Assembly: GCA_964016885.1 (NCBI GenBank) | Contig: OZ024741.1 | Coordinates: 408,456,001 to 408,520,000 of the forward strand | Direction of reading: 5' to 3' | From: Eledone cirrhosa | Lineage: Eukaryota | DNA: 64,000 nucleotides | Part shown: positions 41,221 to 50,510 of the stretch, piece after piece | How positions within the stretch are numbered: position 1 is the first letter of the stretch | Layout of the letters: each line of letters begins with the position of its first letter | Notes under the pieces: generated by a model | Database searches by the model: none | What the model was told of the DNA's origin: nothing | What the model saw: only the letters and a program-made list of their open reading frames with translations | Position numbers and translations under genes: made by a program

Positions 41221-41582
41221 GTGTCCCCTCCTCCATATAATGAACCATATCCTTGCGACCTAGAGCTTGATATAAAAAGGTAGCCTAAGACCTACATGAT
41301 CCTCATTTAACGTCTATTTCCTACATGTGGGTTAGATGCTCACCAGTTTATCTATCCACCATATTGTTTACACTTCATCAGACTTAGTAAATATATAGGA
41401 GAGTGTAACAGGTGCTATTGCTAGTACTATTGATCTGTGACATCTCTGATGAGTTCAAGCTGGAACTGTAGTGGAATAAATAGCTAATATTGGAGCAATT
41501 TAAATATGTTTCTGTTATAACTCAGCAACAGGTGTAGCCTTCTGTCCTTCAAAATAACAATTATCATTGCTAATATACACAA

Positions 41583-41650
41583 TATCTATATATGTATGTG
41601 GGTGTGTGTTCATTAATCGTGTATGTATATATGATATATATATATATATA

Positions 41651-41690
<40 letters not shown>

Positions 41691-41922
41691 AGTGTGTATA
41701 TATATATATATATTTATGATATATATATGTGCGTGTGTGTGTGTGTATATATATATATATGTGTGTGTGTGTGTATACATTTATGTATATGTGTGTTTGA
41801 GGGGTGTAAATGTGTATACACCATTAATGAACATGTGCACACTCATTTATATATATATATACAGAGAGAGAGATAGTTAGATAGATAGATATATACATAC
41901 ATATTTATATTTATATGTATAT
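41583..41922. repeat. Compound (TA)n/(TG)n/(AG)n/(GATA)n microsatellite
   Basis: Directly visible dinucleotide and tetranucleotide runs. Confidence 0.95.
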
Positions 41923-42107
41923 TAACGTTTTAACGTCTACTTTCCTTATACCATTTATGTTGTGTGGTTTACTCCTGGGTAGATCTGGTCATTCCAGTTA
42001 GTAAATCCTGATGGTTTAGGTTAAAGCACTCAACGTTATGTAAATCATCCATCATAGATATGGTATCCTGTGTCTGTGAAATAATGATGATCATGAACAT
42101 AATATGC

Positions 42108-42126
42108 ACACATACATACACACACA

Positions 42127-42186
<60 letters not shown>
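42108..42186. repeat. (CA)n-(TA)n microsatellite
   Basis: Directly visible. Confidence 0.95.
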
Positions 42187-42190
<4 letters not shown>

Positions 42191-42278
42191 TTATATTAAG
42201 GCTAAAAGGTGAGTTGTAATAAACAGGTGAAACTCCAGAGTAACAAGACTCACTTTTTAGCCTTAATAAAATGAATAT
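42184..42278. repeat. Foldback hairpin 1 (~31-bp arms)
   Basis: ATATTCATTATATTAAGGCTAAAAGGTGAGT (42184-42214) is the near-perfect reverse complement of ACTCACTTTTTAGCCTTAATAAAATGAATAT (42248-42278), with 2 mismatches. Confidence 0.85.
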
Positions 42279-42344
42279 TAAAACTCTACTTTGGTATTGA
42301 GCACTCCTTTCTCTCAGTCGTCAACCACATATGGATATATATAT

Positions 42345-42483
42345 ATATTTATTATTAACACACATTAAAAGTTTAAGCAAATAATTTCTTCTTTCACCCC
42401 AAGTAGGATCTTATGAAAGTCCTGCTTAGGGTGAAGGCAGAAATTATTTGCTTACACTTTTAATGTGTGTTAATAATAAATAT
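42345..42483. repeat. Foldback hairpin 2 (~64-bp arms, ~11-nt loop), MITE-like or PLE-derived palindrome
   Basis: ATATTTATTATTAACACACATTAAAAGTTTAAGCAAATAATTTCTTCTTTCACCCCAAGTAGGA pairs with TCCTGCTTAGGGTGAAGGCAGAAATTATTTGCTTACACTTTTAATGTGTGTTAATAATAAATAT, with about 5 mismatches. It is flanked by TA repeats. Confidence 0.9.
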
Positions 42484-42687
42484 TTGCTCTACAGATTTCA
42501 TCATCATCATCGGATAATATCCCTTTTTCACGCTAGCATTATATATATATATATACAGAGGAATCCAGTAAGTCGTGGGGTCTATTCTGTATGAAGAACT
42601 CGATGTAATCCATATGTTGAAAATGTTGTAGTTTAAGATAAATCTCGGAAAACAATAAAACATTAAAAGGAAAACAAAGTCATGATA

Positions 42688-43161
42688 TAAGTTAAAACAA
42701 TGAAATAAAAAATCAAGTTATTAGAGATATACTTCACTGCTTTACGATCGTTTCTAGATGATGATAATACATTGTAGCCATACTCAGTTATTGATCTATG
42801 CAAGGTTAGTTACAAACTATCAGATAAAGAGAATATTTACTTACATGCATATCACCAGCTGTTTTCAAAAGCAATAATAATTTTATTCAGAATTAGTAGT
42901 ATGTTAGTATCATGTCCTTTAGAGGTAGTTGAAGAACTAACGAATCAAATTGTTTTTTTCATATGGTGTTAAGATGAAAAGTAATATACTTTAGTTGAGG
43001 TCATGACCATTTGAAAGGAATGGTTGAAGGGTGTTAATAGTAGAATTGGCATAAAAATCTATTAGGAGGAAAGGGATTGTCAAACTGATAGTTGAATGTA
43101 TCTGGTATAGTGAAGTTAAAAGGAAGGTCAAAATAAATGGTGATTAGTGTTGTATTGAGTT
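42688..43161 (-). repeat. Left arm of ~475-bp inverted repeat (candidate inverted pseudo-LTR/3' tail of a Penelope-like element)
   Basis: Near-identical reverse complement of 46022-46500. It abuts the 5'-truncated start of the PLE ORF. Confidence 0.9.
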
Positions 43162-43163
43162 AT

Positions 43164-44578
43164 CTACATTATGTACATTAACAATCTAACCACCCAGGCT
43201 CTATACTCAAGAACTTAGTATATAACATATCTCTTAGACTTTCTAAATTATCTACCAATGTAGATATATTTTATAATAATGCACCCTTCTACAACGAGGC
43301 CTTAACTAGAAGTGGATATAAAGAAAAAATCTCATATATCCCCAACACTACTATGGACCAAAACATAAAACCTAACAAAAACTACAAACACCAAAACCAA
43401 AAAATACCATTGAAACAAATACCTAAAGTGGTTATTCCTATTACACCAAACAACCGAAAAACCACAACTATTACTACACGATCTATGACCAATGTTATCA
43501 AGCCACATATGAATACCAAGCTCTCAAAATCTCATAATCTACCCCAAAATAACATCAAAATACAACCACGATAATTTACCAAATTCCACAAATAAGGGCA
43601 TTAACCATAGGAATTCTTCTAGAACACAACACAATAATATAAGTGATAATAAGAACTTAACTAAAAACCGCAAAAGAAAAATAACATGGTACAACGCACC
43701 CTTCAACCTGCAAACTATTGGACAAATCCCCCAAAAATTCTTTGAAATTCTACATAAACATTTTCCACCAAACTACAGATACCACCAAATATTTAACAAA
43801 TAAACTGTTAAATTCTCATACTCTACATCAAGCAATCTCAAACAAAAAGTAAGCAACTACAACATTTATAAACTTAAAAATAATATGACTACACCACCAC
43901 AACATAATTTAAATAGGACTGCACCTTTTAAAAGGACAAATAATACAATCCTTCAACCTAGAAAACACAACCACCCAAATCACATACACAAAAACAACAG
44001 AACACAAAATCACAATACAACCCTAGCACCAAACCACCCACAAAGCAACCTTCATTCTCCTGCTATCATTAATTACAATAGGAATAGCTCAAGGATTAAT
44101 GAGAATAGTATAGGCACCCCCAATAACCATCTTACGTATGACTGTAATTGCAGAAATAGAAGCATTTTCCCCTTAAATGGAAACTGTTTGATTAACAATG
44201 TAATATATAAATGCACTGTCTACTACTGACTCCAACAAATCATATATAGGATCTACATCAAACACATTTAAGAAAAGATTTTACGCACACTCTAGTAGTT
44301 TCAACAATACTAAACTAGCTAACACCACATCTTTAGCTGAAGCGGTAAATAATTATAAAAAGAAAAAAATAGATTTCAAGTTATCGTAGAACACCATTCT
44401 ACAAAGAACTCCATATCTTGAGAACAGGAGAGAATACAGGTTATGTTCAGGGGAGATCTTGGAAATTACTAAATCTAAGGACGATTTATTAAATAAAAGA
44501 CAGGAATTGATCATAGTTTATAATCACCGTATACGAAAAACATTTAAATACTATAACCTAATTAAATATTCTAAATAG
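43164..44578 (+). pseudogene. Penelope-like retroelement (Naiad-like) ORF remnant: RT thumb, linker and GIY-YIG endonuclease; 5'-truncated and disrupted
   Basis: Manual translation gives LHYVH*QSNHPGSILKNLVYNISLRLSKLSTN..FYNEALTRSGY; RKRKITWYNAPF..FFEILHKHFPP..IFNK*TVKFSYS; CNCRNRSIFPLNGNCLINNVIYKCTV; and, after a frameshift, YIGSTSNTFKKRFYAHSSSF..TSLA..YRLCSGE..LLNKRQEL..YNH. These match PLE thumb and GIY-YIG motifs. The Naiad clade call is from motif recall, not a search. Confidence 0.88.
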
Positions 44579-44787
44579 CAACCCACTATAATTCCATATA
44601 GAATAACATTTATTAGTACCTCTTTCCCCTAATTATATGCATTCATGCTTATCTTTTGCCTTTTAATGTTTTAGCTTCCTTAGATTTATGCGTTAATGAC
44701 TAAAGGCAACAAGATACACAACCACCCGTAATTGCATGAGTAAATATATATCTATGTATAATATGGAAATATATTTATGTGTGTGTG

Positions 44788-45113
44788 TCATCATCATCAT
44801 CATCATCATCGTTTAACGTCCATCTTCCACGCTTGCATGGGTTTGGACGGGACTTTTCCCACTTGAGGCAAGATTGGTTGTCTCGCTCGTATAGGACTGT
44901 CTGGCGGGTTTTCTACGGCTGGATGCCTTTCCTAACACCAACCACGTTTACAGTGTGGACTGGGAGGTTTTTACTGTGTTACCTACACAGCCACATTACA
45001 GCGTGGACTGTGTGTTTTTTTGTCGTGACACCTACACGCCCTCATTTGTTTAGGACTGGATGTTGTGGTACCAACATAACTTCACATTTAAGGGGTGTGG
45101 ATGGGGTGGGTGT
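44788..45113 (-). mobile_element. 3'-terminal fragment (3' UTR plus (GAT)n tail) of the RTE-clade LINE, inverted
   Basis: (TCA)n followed by GTTTAACGTCCATCTTCCACGC..., which is a diverged reverse complement of ~47640-47976. Confidence 0.9.
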
Positions 45114-45250
45114 GAGTATATATATATATATATGTGTGTGTGTATATGTATTTATGTATGTGTATATATATATATATATATATACTTGTATATGTATGTG
45201 TGTACGTGTATGTATGTATATATATGTATAAATATATATATATATATATA
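45114..45250. repeat. (TA)n/(TG)n microsatellite
   Basis: Directly visible. Confidence 0.95.
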
Positions 45251-45889
45251 TTTATATATCTATATCTAAAATTAAGATAAAATTAAATGAATTTAATCCA
45301 AATCAAAATTATGGGTGTCATGCCATAACGGCGTGCGCCATATCGCCCGGAAGATAAGCTCAAAGATTCTATCGAGTAGGTCCGAGCATTTTATAATAAC
45401 TATAAATTGATTAACATATATATAAACATGAATAATCACAGGAGATAATTTTTACAAGCGTGTAACAACGCATAGCTAGGTAGGTAACAAAATAAAGTTG
45501 ACTAGAACTTCAAAAATAGATACCTTTTAATATGATTAATCTTCCCTGTATATATTTCATTAAAGAAATATATTTCACCAATTAATCAGATGGTAAATCA
45601 CGGAAGTGGATATTTTTGGATTATCAACAAGGAAGAAAAATTTCCAGCAATCCATGTTTACACAACGAGTTCAAATCTGCAACTGGCTGCTACCACGTGT
45701 TGTGTTTACACATCACAGCAGCTTCGTCCCAGTGGCGTGAATAGGTATTCGACAACTAGAAACAGCAGTCGATTCCTTTCAACAGAGTTAGCTCTACAAT
45801 TAAGGAGCCGTATTTATATATCTATATCCAAAATTAAGATAAAATTAAATGAATTTAATCCAAATCAAAATTATGGGTGTCATGCCATA
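45249..45889. repeat. 79-bp direct repeats (45249-45327 and 45811-45889) enclosing 483 bp of non-coding sequence
   Basis: TATTTATATATCTATATC(T/C)AAAATTAAGATAAAATTAAATGAATTTAATCCAAATCAAAATTATGGGTGTCATGCCATA occurs twice, with one mismatch. Confidence 0.92.
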
Positions 45890-46021
45890 TTATACTAAAT
45901 GCAATTTACCACACAGTACTATATTCTGTTGGTTAAGTTGTATATTATCGCATTACTGTATTTCATTATCTTATTATAATTTTCATCTTTTATAAACTAT
46001 CTTTCCTCGCCATAACCTTAA

Positions 46022-46500
46022 AACTCAATACAACACTAATCACCATTTATTTTGACCTTCCTTTTAACTTCACTATACCAGATACATTCAACTATCAGTT
46101 TGACAATCCCTTTCCTCCTAATAGATTTTTATGCCAATTCTACTATTAACACCCTTCAACCATTCCTTTCAAATGGTCATGACCTCAACTAAAGTATATT
46201 ACTTTTCATCTTAACACCATATGAAAAAAACAATTTGATTCGTTAGTTCTTCAACTACCTCTAAAGGACATGATACTAACATACTACTAATTCTGAATAA
46301 AATTATTATTGAATAAAATTATAAAACAGCTGGTGATGTGCATGTAAGTAAATATTCTCTTTATCTGATATTTTGTAACTAACCTTGCATAGATCAATAA
46401 CTGAGTATGGCTACAATGTATTATCATCATCTAGAAACGATCGTAAAGCAGTGAAGTATATCTCTAATAACTTGATTTTTTATTTCATTGTTTTAACTTA
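46022..46500 (+). repeat. Right arm of the ~475-bp inverted repeat
   Basis: Reverse complement of 42688-43161. It ends at a (TA)n run immediately before the RTE fragment. Confidence 0.9.
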
Positions 46501-46527
46501 AATATATATATATATATATATATATAA

Positions 46528-47976
46528 GTTGGGGTTTATCAAGGCTCTGTCCTTAGCCCCCTCCTACTTATTATTGCCCTTCAGGCTATAACAGTGGAGT
46601 TCAAGACCGGCTGCCCATGGGAACTTCTCTACGCATATGATCTAACTCTCATAGCTGAATCGATGGCTGAACTAAAGAAATTCCAAACATGGAATCATGG
46701 CCTAGAATCAAAAGGCCTTCAAGTTAACTTGTCTAAGACTAAAGTTCTAGTATCTAGAAAGGAAAATAGGGTACAGGTACCCTCTGGCAAATGGCCATGC
46801 TAAGTGTGTAGGAAAGGAGTAGGCAGATTCCATTTTATGTCCCAAATGCAAACTATGGGTACATAAAAGATGTAGTGGGACCACAGGTAAGTTAACTAAG
46901 AACGTAGATTTTATATGTGGCCGATGCTCAGGTGCAATAAGTAGCAATTGCCCACAGGATACTAGCTCCTTCTATTGCCCAGATGGTTCTATAGAAATAG
47001 TGGACATCTTCCGTTACCTGGGTGACAAAATCAGCAGTGGTGGTGAGTGCTCTGAAAGTACAGGAGCTAGAGTCAGAACGGGATGGAAAAAGTTCAGAGA
47101 GCTTATACCACTATTGGCCACAAAAGGTTTCTCTCTAAAAATGAAAGGCAGGCTGTATGATGCCTGTATATGAACCACAATGTTACATGGCAGTGAGACA
47201 TGGGCATTGTGTGCAGAGGATCTGCACAGACTGGAGAGGAATGAAGCTTGCATACTCCGTTGGATGTGTAATAGTAATATATGTGAACAGCAAAGCATAA
47301 ATGAACTAAGTGAGAAATTAGGAATAAGAGGGATCAGATGTTGTTTACTCGAGAGAAGACTACGTTGGTATGGCCACGTGATGCGCATGACAGACGACAG
47401 CTGCATAAAAAAGTGCAGGGTGATCAAAATTGATGGAAGTTACGAAGTAGGCAGACCCAGAAAAACCTGGGACGATTTGATAAATTCCAACTTTACACAC
47501 TTACACCTCTCCAAGACAATGTCACTGGACCGAGATCTTTGGCACTACACAGTAATACAGAAGATCCGCCTTGCCTAAGTACAAAGCGAAACCTACAGTC
47601 AGTAGGCACCTCTTAACCAAATATACACCCTAATCCACTACCCCTACCCCCACCCCCACCAACACCACCCTCTCTCTGTAAAGTTATGTTGGTACCACAG
47701 CATCCAGTCCAAACTAATGAGGTCGTGTAGGTGTCATGACAAAAAAACACACAGTCCACGCTGTAATGTGGCCGTGTAGGTAATATGGTAAAAACCTCCC
47801 AGTCCACACTGTAAATGTGGTTGGTGTTAGGAAGGGCATCCAGCCGTAGAAAACCTGCCAGACAGTCCTATACGAGCGAGACATGGTCACCTGACCAACC
47901 TTGCCTCAAGTAGGACAACTCCTGTCTAACCCATGCTAGCGTGGAAGATGGACGTTAAACGAAGATGAGATGATGA
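46528..47976 (+). mobile_element. RTE-clade non-LTR retrotransposon, 3' half: RT C-terminal motifs, PHD-type finger, C-terminus, 3' UTR and degenerate (GAT)n tail; disrupted
   Basis: Motifs read VGVYQGSVLSPLL, LLYAYDL (decayed YADD), GLQVNLSKTKV, FRYLGDKI, MLHGSETW, LRWYGHVMRM and GRPRKTW. The stop is at 47578 and the tail is GGACGTTAAACGAAGATGAGATGATGA. In-frame stops and frameshifts are present. Confidence 0.93.
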
Positions 47977-50019
47977 ATCGATATTTATTTATATTAAACT
48001 TCTCGTTTAACTTCTCATAATTATGGTCAAATGTGTAGGACCCTCAGAAAAATTCTGCTCGTTAACCTTCCCATTTCCCTCTCACCACCTCCACAACCCA
48101 CCATTACTATTTGGTCGAATCATAATTCAGCAGCTTATAATATGTTTCTCTCCCCAATGTCTTTCACCAAACCACTGCCTCGGCTAGTACTCCCTCCTCG
48201 ATATGTTAGATGGACTACGGGATTTGGAGAGTCTGAAAAATGTGAACACTCAATGTCAAAGATAAAGATAAATTCACCTCCTGTTGTCGGACAAGAATGC
48301 AAGGACTCCTCATTAATTCAGACACGGATGGCTAACATAACCCCGTCTCCCTCACCCCTCGCTGCACCTCCAACCCATCCTTTCCACCCACCCAACGAAA
48401 TCCAAAACTTCAGAGTTGGTACCATGAATGTAGGAACCTTAAAAGGTCGCTCAAACGAGGTTGTAGAAATGCTTGAACGTAAGGAAGTTGTTGTGTTAAA
48501 GAAACTAGGTGGAGGGGTGGGTCTGCTAGATTCATTGTGGGTAAAAACGATGCTATAAACCTTTCTGGGTGGGAAATGACAATGGGCTGGGTGAAGTAGG
48601 AATCATGTTAGCAGAAAAATGGGCAGATAAGATAATAGACGTAAATAGAGTGAACGACAGAATAATTAAAATAAGACTTGTCCTCAATAGAACTACTGTG
48701 ACAATAATATCTGCGTACGCACCCCAATCCGGACTGCCCGGCACTATAAAAGACAGATTCTATGAGTCGCTAATGCTCACTACCTCCCAAATAACCGACA
48801 GTGACTACATAATTATTGCTGGCGACCTAAATGGTCACGTTGGACAACATTGTGACGGCTATGACGGAATCCATGGAGGCTATGGGTTTGGTACCAGAAA
48901 TGAGGAAGGCTTCAGAATCCTGGAATTCTGTGAAGCTAATATATAGATTATATCCTAACCAGAAGACGTGATAGATTGTCTGTCATAAACACTAAATCCC
49001 TCCCCTGCGAAGAATACGCCTCCCAACATAGCCTCATAGCCAGCGACCTCATAGTCAGGACTAGACGTACTCAATGACAGAGGAGGACTACCCTGAGGAG
49101 AAGAATATGGAAGTTAAAGGACCCCACAGCCAGTAACAAATTTAAAAGCATATTACTTGATGCTTTCGACAGTAAGGAAGAGCAATTAGAGACGTACAAT
49201 ATAGAGGAACAGTGGGAATTCCTGAAAGTGAACCTGCTGAAGGCAACAGATGAAATCTGTGGCTGGAGCGGACCTATAGGCAGGAGGAGAGTAACTTGGT
49301 GGTGGAACAGTAAGGTGGAGGAGTCAATCAAGGCCAAAAAGCAGGCTTGGAAAGTATGGCGGGATGGGGGAAGTAGAGAGCACTATCAAGTGGCCAGGAG
49401 GGAAGCTAGGAGACAAATGTACTTTGCAAGAAGGGAAGCAGAGGAAAGAAAGTTCAAGCATGTTCTACAACGTGAGGACCAAAAACGTGAGGTGTTCAGG
49501 ATTGCTAGACAATATGTCAAGGAAAACCGTGATATTGTCGGGGAGAAGTGTGTCCGTAATGATGATGGTATACTTGCCATCACTGATGCTGATAAGAAGA
49601 TAGCCTGGAAATGTCACTATGAGAGACTATTAAATGAGGATAATAAATGGGAAAAAGATAGTCTGTCCCAAATCGATCCAATAGAGGGACCAGTGATGTT
49701 AGTTGAAGGTAGTATAATAAGTAAGGCAATCAAAGATATGAAGACGGGCAAGGCGGCTGGGCCTTCGGAAATAGTTGCTGAAATGCTGAAAGCATCTGGA
49801 ACGGTGGGACACACTATGGTCTCCCGGATAGTAAACCAAGTCATACAGAATGGGGTCGTACCAAAGGACTGGCTTAGCAGCATCATCATTAACTGCTACA
49901 AGGGTAAAGGAGATGCCCTAGATAGGGGTAACAATAGAGGCATTAAATTGATTGACCAGGTCATGAAGGTCACAGAAAAAGTTATAGCGCAACTAATCAG
50001 AGAGCGAATTGATCTAGAT
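47977..50019 (+). mobile_element. RTE-clade LINE, 5' half: AP endonuclease and N-terminal RT; disrupted and 3'-truncated (5' boundary uncertain)
   Basis: APE motifs are FRVGTMNVGTLKGR, ETRW, IISAYAPQ, IIAGDLNGHVG and IDYIL. TWWWN follows, then the RT motifs GKAAGPSEIVAEMLK and CYKGKGDALDRGNNRGIKL. There are frameshifts and an internal deletion near 48945. Confidence 0.93.
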
Positions 50020-50460
50020 CAAAGGTTCTCAACGGGGGGCATATGCACCCCCGATGGGCGTTTGGGAGCAAGGTCACGTTAGGGGGGGAATTTGGAGCTG
50101 GGGGAGAGGGTTAGGGGGCGCTGGAAGGCTCTTTATTTTGGTAAGTTTTATAAGCCATATTTGTATGTCTTTGAGACAGCCAGTGTGAATGCATTTGAAT
50201 GAGCTTGCAGACAGCATAACTATAGTCTGACCGCAGCTGTGAGCAGGTGTGCAGGCATGTCCGGTAATTGAGACGTTATCCGGTAATTGAGATCCTAAAA
50301 ATGGAAAAACCCACAGTCAACTGGGTCAAGGACACTTTGAGAGCAGTCAGTTAGAATCTTATTTTTCCTTCACCGATAACAATGTATTTCATGTCTGAAA
50401 TTATTGACTCAACCGTAACGAGTTAACACTATGTAGATCTATTTTATTCCCTATTGTATA
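50020..50460. mobile_element. Terminal region of a hAT (Charlie/Buster-like) DNA transposon; inner boundary uncertain and the other end is not in the window
   Basis: LINE homology stops at ATCTAGAT (50012-50019), which fits the NTCTAGAN Charlie target consensus. CAAAGGTTCTCAAC follows, resembling the CAGNGGTTCTCAA-type TIR. A G/C subterminal hairpin and a 14-bp direct repeat come next. Confidence 0.72.
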
Positions 50461-50510
50461 AATAATATGACAAATAAAAAAAAAAGAAAAGAAAAAACAG
50501 AAGCGAGTAG

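Noticed and set aside
44227-44229. TGA in the Naiad-like endonuclease as a possible selenocysteine codon
   Set aside because: It results from a +1 frameshift before YIGST and is not at a conserved Cys. The expected Cys positions read TGT/TGC or have decayed to TTC/TAC/TAT, not TGA.
41592-45269. ORFs rich in YI/VC/CV repeats (41592, 41692, 41969, 44779, 45060)
   Set aside because: These are translations of (TA)n/(TG)n microsatellites and an antisense LINE tail.
42688-46500. Inverted repeats as TIRs of a DNA transposon
   Set aside because: There is no transposase or clear TSD, the outer ends are unequal and the enclosed ORF is PLE RT/GIY-YIG. An inverted pLTR or local inversion-duplication fits better, though a foldback element is not fully excluded.
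46747-49889. Minus-strand and alternate-frame ORFs over the RTE
   Set aside because: Shadow ORFs of the LINE coding sequence with no recognisable motifs.
50020-50082. C-terminal extension QRFSTGGICTPDGRLGARSR of the 284-aa ORF
   Set aside because: Read-through from the broken LINE RT into the transposon terminus, not a real domain fusion.
50079-50118. TTAGGG motifs as telomeric repeats
   Set aside because: Only isolated, non-tandem hexamers within a G-rich transposon subterminal region.
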